A DNA stretch of 52,731 bases from Chiloscyllium plagiosum (Eukaryota). Below, one piece after another: positions 25,116 to 38,505 of this stretch. Both the position numbers and the translations under genes were made by a program. A model generated the notes under the pieces. It worked only from the letters and a program-made list of their open reading frames with translations. It searched no databases and had not been told where the DNA came from. The stretch is from positions 2,175,750 through 2,228,480 of the forward strand of contig NC_057720.1 of assembly GCF_004010195.1 (NCBI RefSeq), in the 5' to 3' direction. Each line of letters begins with the position of its first letter. The first letter of the stretch is position 1.

Positions 25116-25734
25116 CAGATTTGGTCTGTGCTTTCTATCAAACCTTGATCTGAAAATCAGACAAATTGGGTAATTTTATGTTCCTATTTTGAAATCTTTA
25201 ACTTTTTTTGACAACTCCAAAAATAATGGTAGTGCAGTTTTTCAATAAGTCAGAGACTTCCTCAAAATCTTTTTCATTTCTAACTTTTTGCCATGTTGAT
25301 GCAAGTTCACAGACCTGAAAGCATTAAGCTTTTCTTTGACACACTGAACAGTCAACAGTCTGAGGGTGAATGCTGATGACCAGCAATATACTGTAAATAC
25401 TGTGGTAACAACAGCAGATCAGAGGTAGAGAATCCTGCGGCACGTAACTCACCTCCATATTCTCAATAGCCTGTCCACCATTTGCAATGTCCCAGTCAGA
25501 AGTGTGATGGATTATTTTCTATTTGTCTGAATGAGTGCTGTTCCAACAAAACTCAAGAATTGAACACCATCCAATTGATTGGCAAGTTATCCACCAACAA
25601 TGCAGCAGTATGCATGACCTGTAAGACAACTACAGAAAATTTGCAGCCCAGAAGGAAGACATTCAGCCCATCATGTCTGCACAAGCTGAATAAACTAGTC
25701 AGATGGATTTCAGAAACTAGTCAAGACTTCACTG

Positions 25735-27137
25735 ACATTTGGCCCTCGATGTTGCGCCGACCTGTGAAACCAATCTGAAGCTTATCTAACCTACACTCTT
25801 CCATTTTCATCCATATGTTTATCCAATGACCATTTAAATGCCATTAAAGTTGGTGAGTCTACTACTGTTGCAGGCAAGGTGTTCCACGCCCCTACTACTC
25901 TGAGTAAAGAAACTACCTCTGACATCTGTCCAATATCTCTCACCCCTCAATTTAAAGCTATGTCCCCTTATGCTAGCCATCGCCATCTGAGGAAAAAGGC
26001 TGTCACTGTCCACCCTTTCTAACCCTCTGATTATCTTATATGTCTCAATTAAGTCACCTCTCAACCACTTTCTCTCTAACAAAAACGGCCTCAAGTCCCT
26101 CAGACCTTCCCTCCGTACTAGGCAACATGCTAGTGAATCTCCTCTGAACCCTTTCCAAAGCTTCCACATCCTATAATGTGGTGACCAGAACTGTACGCAA
26201 TACTCCAAGTTTTGTACAGCTGCAACATGACATAATGGCTCTGAAATCCAAGCTCAGCTCTGCAGCTTATCTAGGTCACTGTAACCTGCAACATCCTTCA
26301 GCACTATCCACATCTCCACCAACCTTAGTGTCATCTGCAAATTTACTAACCCATCCTTCTACACCCTCATCTAGGTCATTTATAAAAATGACAAACAGCA
26401 GTGGCCCCAAAACAGATCTCTATGGTACACCATAGTAACTGAACTCCAGGATGAACATTTCCCCTCAACTACCACCCTCTGTCTTCTTTCAGCTAACCAA
26501 TTTCTGATCCACACCACTAAATCACCCTGAATCCCATGTATTTTGTGCAATAGCCTACCGTGGGGAACATTATCAAAAGCCTTACTGAAATCCATAAACA
26601 CCACATCAACTGCTTTACCTTCATCCACCTGTTTGGTCTCAAAGAACTCAATAAAGTTTGTGAGGCACAACCTACCCTTCTCAAAACCGTGTTGACTATC
26701 CCGAATCAACTTATTCCTTTCTAGATGATTATAAATCCTATCTTTTATAACTTTTACTAGCACTTTACCCACAACCGAAGTAAGGCTTATTGGTCTATAA
26801 TCACCTGGGTTGTCTCTACTCCCCTTCTTGAACAAGGGATCAACATTTGCTATCCTTCAGTCTTTTGGCACAATTCCTGTAGACAATGACAACATAAATA
26901 TCAATGCCAAAGGCTCTGCAATCTATATTTAGTGCCACCCCTATCTCTTCGGACTCCACACACAACTTCCCACTACTGTCCTTGATTGGCCCTAATCTTA
27001 CTTTAGTCATTCTGTTATTCCTGACATACCTGCAGAAAGCTTTAAGGTTTTCCTTGATCCTATCTGCCAACAACTTCTCATGTTCCCTCCTTGCTGTTCT
27101 TAGCTCTCTGTTTAGGTCTTTCCTGGCTAACTTGTAA
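25735..27137 (-). mobile_element. CR1-type LINE fragment
   Basis: GDYRPISLTSVVGK, FMDFSKAFDNVPH and EYCVQFWSPH. Confidence 0.92.
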
Positions 27138-27479
27138 CGCCATTTCCAGGAAGCTCCAATTTGAAACACCCATCATCTTGTTAAGATGGTGCCACTGAAA
27201 GCATAAAGTTTTCCCTCTGAGTTCTGCAAAGTAGATGCTTGAGAGAAAGTGTTGGTGCATATTTTAACAGTTGTGGTACTGTGATAGCTGTCCACCTCAA
27301 AACAAGAATGTTGTGGGCTCAAGTCCCATGTCAGAATTGAGTATGCAATATAAGAAGGTTGACTTTATTTTTCGTGTGTTATTAAAATGTTGCTACACTG
27401 TTGCACTGTTCCACTGTTGGTGGAACAACTAAAACTGGGGATGCTGAAGAGGTTAGAATTGGAGGAAAGTAGTCGTACA

Positions 27480-28555
27480 GTCATAGAGTCATAGAGATAT
27501 ACAGCATGGAAACAGACCCTTCAGTCCAACCCCTCCATGCCGACCAGATATCCCAACCTAAACTAGGCCCATTTGCCAATACTTGGCCCATATCCCTCTG
27601 AACCCTTCCCATTCATATACCCATCCAGGATGTATTTTAAATGTTGTGATTGTACCAACCTCCACCACTTTCTCTGGTAGCTCATTCCATACACACACCA
27701 CCCTCTGTGTGAAAAGGTTGCCCCTTGGGTCACTTTTATATCTTTCCCCACTCACCCTAAACCTATCCCCTCTAGTTCTGAACTCCTCCACCCCAGGGAA
27801 AAGACTTTGTTTATTCACCCTGTCCATGCCCATCATGATTTTATAAACCTCTGTAAGGTCACCCCTCAGCCTCCGACGCTCCAGGGAAAACAGCACCAGC
27901 CTATTCAGCCTCTCCCTATAGCTCAAATCGTTCAACCCTGACAACATCCTTTTCTGAACCCTTTCAAGTTTCACAACATCCTTCCAATAGGAAGGAGACC
28001 AGAATTACACGCAATATTCCAAAAGTGGCCTAACCAAAGTCCTGTACAGCTGCAACATGACCTCCCAACTCCTGTGCTCAATACTCTGACCAATAAAGGA
28101 AAGCATACCAAACGCCTTCTTCACTATCCTATCTACCTGCAACTCTACTTTCAAGGAGCTATGAACCTGCACTCCAAGGTCTCTTTGTTCAGTAACACTC
28201 CCTAGGATCTTACCATTAAGTATATACGTTCCCAAAATGCAGCACCTCGAATTTATCTAAATTAAACTCTATCTGCCACTCCTCAGCCCATTGGCCCATC
28301 TGATCAAGATCCCGTTGTAATCTGAGGCAACCTTCTTCACTGTCCACTACACCTCCAATTTTGCTGTCATCTGCAAACTGACTAACTATACCTCCTATGT
28401 TCATATCCAAATCATTTATATAAATGACAAAAAGTAGTGGACCCAGCACTGATCCTTGTGGCACTCCACTGGTCACAGGCTTCTAGTCTGAAAACCAATC
28501 CTCCACCTGTTCTGTATCCAAATGGCTAGTTCTCTCTGTATTCCATGAGATCTGG
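27480..28555 (-). mobile_element. CR1/HER1-type LINE 3' fragment
   Basis: [21 protein letters not shown] and SQFADDSK; (ctctatga) tail. Confidence 0.93.
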
Positions 28556-28559
28556 CTGA

Positions 28560-29340
28560 GCCAGCATTTATTTCCCGTACCTAGTTGCCACTAACAAGGT
28601 GGTGGTGAGCTGACTTGAACCACTGCAGTCCACCTGCTGTGCATTGACCCAAAGTGCCCTTGGATAGGGAATTCCAAACTTTTGACCCAATGACAGTGAT
28701 GGAACATTAAATTCCAAGTTAGGATGGTGAGTGGCTTGGAGAGCAACTTCAGGGTGGTGGTGTTCCCACATATCTGCTGCCCTTGTCCTTCTTGATAGAA
28801 GTGAGTTTGGAAGGTGCTGTCTGAGGATCTTTGGTGAATTTCTTCAGTGCATCTTGTAGATAGTACACACTGCTGTGGCTGAACATTGGTGATGGAGGGA
28901 ATGGACGTTCGTGGATGTTGTGCCAATCAAGTGGGGGCTGCTTTGTCCTGGATGGTGTCAAGCTTGAGTGTTCTTGGAGCTGCACCCATCCAGGCAAGTG
29001 AGGAGTATTCCATCACACTCCTGACTTGTGCTTGTGGAAGGCTGACAGGTTTGGGGAGTCAGGAGGTGAGTTACTTGCTGCAGTGTTCCTAACCTCTAAT
29101 CTGCTCTTGTTGCCAGTTTCTGTGGTGAATCCAGTTGAGTTTCTGGTCAATGATGTTGATATAAGAGGATTCAGTGATGCTAACAGCAGTTAATCTCAAA
29201 GGGCAATGGTTAGATTGTCTCTTATTGGTGATGATCATACCCTGGCATTTGTGTGGCATGAGTGTTACTTGCCACTTGTCAGCCCAAGCCTGGATATTGT
29301 TCAGATCTTGTAGCATTTGAACATGGATTGCTTCAGTAAC
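28560..29340 (-). mobile_element. Older LINE 3' fragment (same family as 3130-4730)
   Basis: LQDLNNIQAWADKWQVT. Confidence 0.75.
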
Positions 29341-30354
29341 CGAAGAGATTTTTGAACCGTTCTCCCCAGAATGTGAGAACTGAGTTTCTGGATCACTAGT
29401 TCAGGAATGTTATCATTACGTAATCACCTTCCCTTAAAGTGTTGGTGAAGTTTTGTGGGATGTCCCAAGCTTTGTCTTTTGGGTTTTTTATAATGTTTGA
29501 ATCAATATATTAATTATTTATCATGCTGCTGGCTTTTATTTGAAAAGTAACTCAGACAAATTTATAAACACATCTAAAGCTTCTGAACACAATTCCAACA
29601 TCAGATTTTTCTATTTGAATAAGTAAACTAAGCTACTTTTCAATTTAGGCTGTGTTGAATTTTGTTTTTATTTAATAGATAGTTTATTTGAAACATTTAC
29701 AATATTTCATTGCTTCCATTAGTGTAAATAAGACATTGAGACTTTAGCACACAGCACACAAATTGAATTTTCTGTTAATCCTTATAAAGTGGAATCCGTT
29801 TCATACGCCATTTAAATATCATTCTCTGACCTTTATCTTCCCCACAGCACTGAATTCTTCATTTGCTGTGGTGACATTTCAGTAAGGGACTGAAACCTTT
29901 TATCTTTCTCTGCTCTGTGGAACTTTGAGAATTGATGTATAAAATTAAAAATCAGAATTTATTTTTAATTCCCTGTCTCAATGCTCAGTGTTTGGGAGTG
30001 GACTTGAGGGAAAGAGTGAATTACAAGCTTGCTTGTAGCCAGCACTTTAACATGGACCTTTTGTAAATTAGGATTTGTATTTCTAAAATTCCTCTGACCA
30101 GCCACCTCCATACACACGTCCCTGAAATAAAGTCATAGCATCACAGAGCATGGAAGCAGATCCTTTGGTTGTTTCAGTACCATTGAGGAATTGACATAAG
30201 AACTTTGAAGTTTCTGAAATTAGAGTTTCAGGTGTGATCCTGAGGTAACTTTAATCATTTGGCAACTAACTTTCTTCTTCAGTTAATTGCTGGATGGATG
30301 TTGTAGGAAGAAAGATCGAGCAGAACAGAATTAGATTCCCTACTGTTTAGGCAG

Positions 30355-30915
30355 CAAGCTGTTGAAATACTTAGAGTTCTGAGAGGACTCAATGGGATGG
30401 ATGCCGAGAGACTGTTTCCCCTGTGTAGGGAATCTTGAACACTTGGGATATAGTCTCAGGAAACAAGGAGTCTGCCGTTTTAGGATTGAAATGAGGGAAG
30501 ATTCTTTTATTCAGAGTGCTGAGTATTTTCGTCATTCTCTCCCCTGGAGTTTAGAAAAAAATGAGGGGATCAATATAAACCTGTAACATTCTAACAGGAC
30601 GAGACAGGGTAAAGACGGGAAGGATGTCCCTTGGACGAGGGGAGTACAGAACCTGGGTAGGCCATTTAAGTCTGAGATGAGGAGAAATGTCTTCACCTAG
30701 AGAGCAGGGAGCCTGTGGAATTCTCAACTACAGAAAGTGGTTGAGGCCAAAACATTGCATGTTTTCAAGATGGGGTTAGATAAATTCTTAAGGCTAAAGG
30801 GATCGAAAGGAGAAAGGAGGAAGTGGGAATAGGGGACTGAGTTGGATGATCAGCTATGATCATATTGAGTGCAGGCATGAAGGGGCAAATGGCCTACTCC
30901 TCATATTTTCTATGA
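30355..30915 (+). mobile_element. Two short CR1 3' fragments
   Basis: FRIEMREDSFIQ and ctgtggaattctc...ggcctactcct. Confidence 0.7.
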
Positions 30916-31014
30916 AGACCTGAGAACGCTCTGCCATTGAGTATGTTTTATTGCTTGCTGGGAGAACTATAGGATGTGGAGGAGGATGAGGGAGTTGATT
31001 TGAGATAGTTCATT

Positions 31015-32640
31015 ACATAGAACATAGAACAGTACAGCACAGAACAGGCCCTTCAGCCCACAATGTTGTGCCGACCATTGATCCTCATGTATGCACCCTC
31101 AAATTTCTGTGACCATATACATATCCAGCAGTGTCTTAAATGTCCCCAATGACCTTGCTTCCACAACTGCTGCTGGCAAGGCATTCCATGCTCTCACAAC
31201 TCTCTGTGTAAAGAACCCGCCTCTGACATGCCCTCGATATTTTCCTCCAACCAGCTTAAACCTATGACCCCTCGTGTTAGTCATTTCTGCCCTGGGAAAT
31301 AGTCTCTGGCTATGGACTCTATCTATGCCTCTCATTATCTTGTATACCGCAATTAGGTGCCCTCTTCTCCTTCTTTTCTCCAATGAAAAAAGTCAGAGCT
31401 CAGTCAACCTTTCTTCATAAGATAAGCCCTCCAGCCCAGGTAGCATCCTGGTAAACTTCCTCTGAACCTCTCCAAAGCATCCACATCTTTCCTATAATAG
31501 GGCGACCAGAACTGGACGCAGTATTCAAAGTGCGGTCGAACCAAAGTTTTATAGAGCTGCAACAAGATCTCACGACTCTTAAACACAATCCCCCTGTTAC
31601 TGAAAGCCAAAACACCATATGCTTTCTTAACAACCCTGTCCACTTGAGTGGCCATTTTAAGGGATCTATGTACCTGCACACCAAGATCCCTCTGTTCTTC
31701 CACACTGCCAAGAATCCTATCCTTAATCCTGCACTCAGCTTTCAAATTCGACCTTCCAAAATGCATCACCTCACATTTATCAAGGTTGAACTCCATCTGC
31801 CACCTCTCTGCCCATCTCTGCATCCTGTCAATGTCCTGCTGCAGCCTACAACAGCCCTCTCTCCTGTCAACGACACCTCCAACCTTTGTGCCATCTGCAA
31901 ACTTGCTAACCCACCCTTCAATCCCCTCATCCAAGTCATTAATAAAAATTACAAACAGTAGAGGCCCAAGGACAGAGCCCTGTGGAACACCACTCACCAC
32001 TGACTTCCAGGCAGAATATTTTCAAAGATCTTCGCAAGTGGCGAAGCAATTACATTTCTCGTTTCCCAAAGCAGCCGAGGACAAATCTGGTCCGTGCCTG
32101 GCGACTTGTCAATCTTAATGTTTGTCAAAATTTTCAGGACATCAGCTTCCTCAATCTCTATCCATCCCAGCATGCACACCTGCTCCTCAATGGTTTCATT
32201 CACTACAAGGTCCTTTTTTTTATTAAAGACAGAAGCAAAACACCCATTTAGGGCTTCCCCTACCTCCTCAGACTCTCTACACAAGTTCTCTATGCTATCC
32301 CTGATTGGCCCTACTCTTTCTTTAATCATTCTCTTATTCCTCACAAACGTGTAAAATGCCTTTGTGTTCTCCCTAATCCTTCCTGCCAAGCCTTTCTCGT
32401 GCCCCTTCCTGGCTCTCCTCAGACCATTTTTGAGCGCCTTCCTCGCCTGCCTGTAATCCTCTAGAGCTGAGCTTGACCCTAGCTTCCTCCACCTTACGTG
32501 GGCTGCCTTCTTCCTTTTGACGAGAAGCTCCTCCGCTCTCGTCATCCAAGGTTCCTTTATCTTACCCCTTCTTGCCTGTCTCAGACATATTTATTCATCA
32601 CTCGCAACAACTGTTCCTTAAACAGTCTCCACATGTCTAT
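31015..32640 (-). mobile_element. Young-looking CR1-type LINE with an internal deletion
   Basis: Long minus-strand ORFs: [30 protein letters not shown] and DKSPGTDQICPRLL; (tctatgt) tail. Confidence 0.93.
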
Positions 32641-32642
32641 AG

Positions 32643-32980
32643 TAAACAGTCTTCACTTGTTAAAGTGCACTTGAGAATGTAACTTTTAAAAAAAGATTTT
32701 GCGATTTACTTATGAATGAACTGAAACCAACATGATAATTTTATAAGATGAGAGACTAAACAAGCAATCCAGGTCTTTTTCAATATATAATTTCAGTTAC
32801 ATCACACTAAACTTTTGTTATAAATTCTGTGTCTTACAATCTTATTCTCCACAATCAGCTGATGAAGGAGCAGCGCTCCGAAAGCTAGTGCTTCCAAATA
32901 AGCCGGTTGGAACGCAACCGGGTGTTGTATGATTTTTAACTTCGTAAACCCCAGTCCAACACCAGCATCTCCAAATCATA
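32643..32980 (+). mobile_element. PLE 3' terminal repeat (family 2) with hammerhead core at 32859-32887
   Basis: ctgatgaaggagcagcgctccgaaagcta; downstream sequence matches the 14444-14679 arms. Confidence 0.8.
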
Positions 32981-33059
32981 ATATAAGCTGGTCTCTAGTT
33001 GGGTTCAGAACATGTTCCTCTAAATTCCATCTCAAAAGTATTCCATGAATTCCTCATTG

Positions 33060-33559
33060 NNNNNNNNNNNNNNNNNNNNNNNNNNNNNNNNNNNNNNNNN
33101 NNNNNNNNNNNNNNNNNNNNNNNNNNNNNNNNNNNNNNNNNNNNNNNNNNNNNNNNNNNNNNNNNNNNNNNNNNNNNNNNNNNNNNNNNNNNNNNNNNNN
33201 NNNNNNNNNNNNNNNNNNNNNNNNNNNNNNNNNNNNNNNNNNNNNNNNNNNNNNNNNNNNNNNNNNNNNNNNNNNNNNNNNNNNNNNNNNNNNNNNNNNN
33301 NNNNNNNNNNNNNNNNNNNNNNNNNNNNNNNNNNNNNNNNNNNNNNNNNNNNNNNNNNNNNNNNNNNNNNNNNNNNNNNNNNNNNNNNNNNNNNNNNNNN
33401 NNNNNNNNNNNNNNNNNNNNNNNNNNNNNNNNNNNNNNNNNNNNNNNNNNNNNNNNNNNNNNNNNNNNNNNNNNNNNNNNNNNNNNNNNNNNNNNNNNNN
33501 NNNNNNNNNNNNNNNNNNNNNNNNNNNNNNNNNNNNNNNNNNNNNNNNNNNNNNNNNNN
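33060..33559. other. Assembly gap (500 N)
   Basis: Run of N. Confidence 1.
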
Positions 33560-34551
33560 TGTAACCATTTCTGCTTGGGGCAGGTTTGTACGAATAGGAC
33601 AGCTGCATTAAAAATTGCTGAATGGAACAGTTGAGATTAGTCAACCAAAGATGGGATTCAGTCCAACTGGTAACTATGAGCCAAGGAAGTTCAGTTTTCC
33701 TAATGAAGAAAAAGGTTTCTAGCTGTAGGACTGAAATACCTAGAAACAATTCCTTAGCATGTCTCAACTTCTGCATTTCTGAGGAATTTGATCATCAGCC
33801 CGTGTAAAGAATGTTGGAAAGAATTTATGTAAACTGAAACCAAGTCAAAACAGTTGTGGGCTTAAACAGTTGTTTTGCCTTTCGAGTAGAAAAAGAATCA
33901 AAATTAGCAGAATCAAAGCTGGAAAATATAATGCCCAAGGTCATCGGGCTTCTTGTCTCTGCAAAAAGCTGAGATACACCCCAGTTTCTATGTGATCGAT
34001 TGAGCTTTTTCCCCACTCGGCTCACCTTCCAGCAGCAACAAAACAACCAGTGAAGATGTGGAATTCCTTAGACTAAATGAGCTTAAGGGGAGAATAATGG
34101 GACAGGACGGATGTGGTTTACAGACGCCGGAGTTGTTTCCCACAGAATGGAGGAGGCTAACAGGAGTTTAATAGGAACATTTGAAATCATGAAGGCATTT
34201 CCATTGTCTTGGAAGTCATTAAGTAGAGGGTTCAATTCCCATACTGGCTGAGGTTACCATGGAGGACGCACCAGGAGACTCATCAAAGTCTGCTGAACTT
34301 GTAATTTATTCCTTTAATTTCCTCGTTTAAACTACAGAAGACTTTAATTAAAACTATTACCTTATTTCATTATTTTTCTACGAATCTATGGAGTAATGCT
34401 TAACATTTTATCTCATTTCTCTTACTACTTTATCTAAGTTTTTTTGTACCTAGGTACCTTGGTACCTAGATGGTACCATGTGTGGTGATATTATGTACTT
34501 TTCACTGTACTCCTATACTTGAGTACACATAACAATAAAAAATCTAAATAG

Positions 34552-35255
34552 TGATGTACAGCATGGAAACAGACTCTTCAGTCCAACTCTTCCCTGCTGA
34601 CTAGATATCCCAAACTAAACTAGTCCCATTTGCCAGCACCTGGCCCATATCCCTCTAAAGACTTCCTATTCATACACCAATCCAGATGCCCTTTAAATGC
34701 TGCAATTGTAGTAGCCTCCATTACTTCCTTTGGCAGGTCATTCCATACACGCATAACCCTCTGCGTGGACAAGTTGCCCTTTTAGGTCCCTTTTACATCT
34801 TTCCCCTCTCACCCTAAACCTATGCCCTGTGGTTCTAGACTCCCCTACCCCAGGGAAAAGATTTTGTCTATTTATCCAATCCATACCCTTCGTGATTTTA
34901 TAAACCTCTATGAGATCACCCCTTAGCCTCTGAAGCCCCAGAGAAAACAGCCCCAGCCTGTTCAGCCTCTCACTATAGCTCAAATCTTCCAACATTGGCA
35001 ACACCCTTGTAAATCTTTTCTGAACCCTTTCAAGTTTCACAACATCCTTCCAATAGGAAGACCAGAACTGCACACAATATTCCAAAAGTAGCCTAACCAA
35101 TGTCTTGTACAGCTGTAACATGACCTCCCAATTCCTATACTCAATACTCTGACCAATAAAGGAAAGCATACCAAACGCCTTCTTCACTATCCTATCTACC
35201 TGCAACTCTACTTTCAAGGAACTATGAACCTGCACTCCAAGGTCTCTTTGTTCAC
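34552..35255 (-). mobile_element. CR1/HER1-type LINE 3' fragment
   Basis: EQRDLGVQVHSSLKV...EYCVQFW...RLRGDLIEVYK. Confidence 0.93.
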
Positions 35256-35810
35256 TTGACATTCAATGGCATTACCATTGAATCCACTACTATTAACATC
35301 CTGGGGGCTTATCAGAAATAGAACTAGCCACATAGACACTGTGGTTATAAGAACAGGCTAGGTGCAAGGACCTGTGATGCGTAACTCATCCCATTCCCCA
35401 ATGGTTTGTTCACCATTTGCAAGGTATAACTCAGAAGGGTGAATGAATGCTATTCACTTGGTTGATGAGTGCAGCTCTGGCCACACCTAAGAAACTCCAT
35501 GCCATCCAGGACAATGCAACCCACACAATCAGCATTCTCTCCACAACTGACAGTGACAGCAGTATGTCCATCAACAGGATACACTGCAGCAACTTGTCAA
35601 GATCCTTTTAACACTACCTGCCAAACCTGTGACTTCTTCCTAAAAGGATGAGGGCAGCACTAGGTACCACTACAACCTGCCACTTCCCATCCCAGTCTCA
35701 CACATTCCTGACTGGGAAATATTGTCATTTCTTTCACAACAGCTGGCTAAAATCCTGGAACTCCCTCCCTAACAGCACTGTGTACTTAACACCACGTAGT
35801 CACAGTGGCT
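35255..35810 (+). mobile_element. Older LINE 3' fragment
   Basis: Similar to the reverse complement of 28560-29340. Confidence 0.6.
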
Positions 35811-36499
35811 CACCTTTGACTCACTGATGCATTGTCAACCACGATTTGGATGATACTCTGCTGCAGAGAAATTGTGATTCGCTGAATTGTGAGCCATTTC
35901 TCACCGACAAGCGTATGTTGAGCGGAGCTTTGGGATAGTTCAGGAAGATCCTATGTAATTATTTTTTTCTGCAAAAGTGGGCTATGTCAAGAATAACACT
36001 AATGCAGTAAGTATGTGAAAAATGTAATAATTTTCAATTTGTTCACACCTTACAACCTTGTACAGTGAAAGAATTTGAAAATGTTGTGAATTAGATCTAG
36101 AAAACCCCAGTCATCTGCTTCTGCTCAGTATGTTATTTTCAGGAGAGTCTGTTATACCATCAATATGGCCAGACCATGTTGTCAATTGTTTTCGATCTGC
36201 ATTGAACTCATCACAATTTCGCTGTACTTCTGCTGGTTCTCCTTGCTCACTGGCTGACCCTCCCTCCAAGAGTCCCTAATCATTTCCTGAACTCATGTTT
36301 AGGTGGCAGAAGGCTCTTTGTGGTAAATGGTATTGATTGGTCTGGGTGGGTAAGAGACTGGAATCTCTTGTTGGAATATGAGAGTTACGGAGTTGGATGG
36401 GTCAACAGAGATAGGAAAGAAGACCATGAAGGCATTTACTCAAAAATGTGGGAAATGCCTGCACAAGACACCTGTTCAGCCTCTGCTCAGATGAGGATG

Positions 36500-37580
36500 A
36501 ACCTACGGACACCTAAAGATGTCGAAAGACTCTCTCATAAGAATGGGATACAATGTCAACTCATGGATCTCAGTTCTGACATGCTACAGTAAACAAACCG
36601 TAACCTCCTCAGAGAACAGACACAGGACACTACCAATAGTGTACCCTTCATGGTCCAGTACTTCCCCGGAGTAGAGAAACCACGTCATTGTCTCCGCAGC
36701 CTTCAACATTTCATCGGTAATGACGAACATCTGGCCAAGATCATTCCTACACTTCCACTTCTTGCCTTCAAACTGCCAAACCTTTCACAAATCATTCACT
36801 GCAAACTGCCCAGCCTTCAGGACAACATCGACCACCCTGCCACAGTAACCTCTGTAAGATATGCCAGACAATTGACATGAATACTACCATCGCATGTGGG
36901 AACACGACCCACCATGTAACAGCAGATACTCATGTATCTTGGCCAATCTTGTCTATCTGTTACACTGCAGGCAAGGATGCCCTGAGGCATGATATATTGG
37001 CAAGACCACGTGAACGCTACAACAGACGAATGGACACCACGCAACAATCGCAAGACAGGAATGTTCCCTCCTTCAGCGGTCAAGGACATTCAGAATCTGA
37101 TCTTCAGGCAAGTATCTTCCAATGCTGCCTTCGAGATACACAAGAACGTAAAATCACTGAGCACAAGTTGATAGCCAAGTTCCGTACCCATGGAAATGGC
37201 CTCAACTGTTATCATGGGTTCATGTTGTGCTACATGTGACCCCATCACACTTCTATATTTGTAAAATCTTCCTTACTGACCTGTTTTGATACCATCACCT
37301 TGATAACTTGTTAGCTATTTTAATTAGTTTGTACAGTTTTGGATTACTTGTTACTTTGGTTAGACCTTCAGCACTGTTTGACATTCTTGGTCACTTGCAG
37401 AGACTCCGTATTAGGTCTGTTGACACTCCACTTACACTATTTATATGGTGTGTTGATCTCTCATGATCATAAATTCTGGGCCTCTCCTCACTTCACGTGA
37501 TGAAGGGCCAGCGTTCCAAAAGCTTGTGATTTCAAATAAACCCATTGGACTACAATCTGGTGTCATGAGACTCTGACTTT
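36500..37580 (+). mobile_element. Penelope-like element 3' part (GIY-YIG remnant plus decayed family-2-like terminal repeat)
   Basis: VQYFPGVEKPRH.LRSLQHFI..DEHLAKIIPT.PLLAFK.PNL and EHKLIAKFRTH..GLN; decayed hammerhead at ~37498-37527. Confidence 0.8.
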
Positions 37581-37999
37581 ACTCATAAGAGCAACAAGAC
37601 AAAGGGAGCTTTTCATTTCTGTTCAACTCTTCCAATGGCCTTCCAGTCCACCTCCAGAGGTCATAGCTGTTAGCAACTGTCTCCTAATAGTCAGTGGCCA
37701 CAATTTTCACATGTCATCTGTAGGCAGCCTTTTAGTGAAAGTAGATATCCAGGAGGTCATGACCCACTGGCCACTTTACAATGCTGAAGGTATTTGGATA
37801 ATGACTGCCATCCATACAATGAATGTGACTGAGTCAATGCAGAGCTCCTTTGCTTGACAGTGTGTCTACACTGATCGAAGTACAGAACTACTGAATGGTG
37901 ACAACTCAAAAGGAGGCCATTTGGCCCACTATGTTTGTTTTTGGGCCTCTAGTTAATAACCCAGTGACATTACTATTGAGGCACTGCCTTGTCGAACAG

Positions 38000-38490
38000 A
38001 ACACGTACCCCTGAGTAGCGCATGCGCAGGAGAAAAGGTCACGTGTGGCCGCCCCGCGCCTGCGCACACCTATAAGGCGGGAGTGGATGCGAGAGTTTGG
38101 CGCCATCTTAGTTGCCGCTCAATGTTTCAAGAGCCGCCTCCCCCGGCCAGCACCACCCCAGCCCGCCCTCCGCGATATGCTTTTGGCTTGTTGGAAACAC
38201 CCCGCAGCGCCGGAGGAGTCCGAAGCACGAGCTCCTCCACAGGGAGGCCGGCTTCAGGCTGGGCCTCGGATCCGTCGCGCGGTCACCAAGCTCCCAGCGG
38301 CTTCACCCCGACCGGCGGCTCGAGCGGCAACGGCGGCCTGAGCCGAGGTGAGAGCATTAGGGACGCGCGGCTCGCTCTGGGGGTGTGTGGCCAGCGCGTC
38401 CCGACAGGGGGAGGGATCGCGAGGCATGCTCACGAGGGCACACCTCACGATAGCGCCACGTGCTGAAATGCGCGTGTTCGTGTCGTCACA
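38000..38490 (+). promoter_or_regulatory. MSH4: CpG island / MSH4 promoter and first exon
   Basis: The only strongly GC- and CpG-rich non-repeat stretch. Motifs: GCGCATGCGCA 38018-38028 and GCGCCTGCGCA 38056-38066 (NRF1-like), TCACGTG 38039-38045 (E-box), GGCGGGA 38076-38082 (E2F6-type), TTTGGCGC 38096-38103 (E2F), CGCCATCTT 38101-38109 (YY1). Confidence 0.85.
38122..38347 (+). CDS. MSH4: MSH4 coding exon 1
   Basis: ATG at 38122. Encodes MFQEPPPPASTTPARPPRYAFGLLETPRS...GGLSR. PRYAFGLLETP resembles human PRYNFGLQETP (from memory). Phase-1 donor gag|gtgaga. Confidence 0.85.
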
Positions 38491-38505
38491 GTTTGAACTT
38501 TGACA

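Larger units (their letters stand above)
33640..35960 (+). mobile_element. Fossil hAT-like transposase, split by later insertions (pieces at ~33640-34050 and ~35815-35960)
   Basis: EKL*FAEL*AISHRQAYVERSFGI at 35866-35937 resembles the LW...LSHGQASVERGFSI motif. The upstream piece reads RMLER...TVVGLNSCF...MPKVIGLLVSAK...CDRL. Confidence 0.45.

Noticed and set aside
32999..33776. Long ORFs in the track
   Set aside because: Artefacts of translating through the N gap.
38083..38121. Upstream GTG start for MSH4
   Set aside because: Not an ATG and overlaps promoter motifs. The in-frame ATG at 38122 is preferred.
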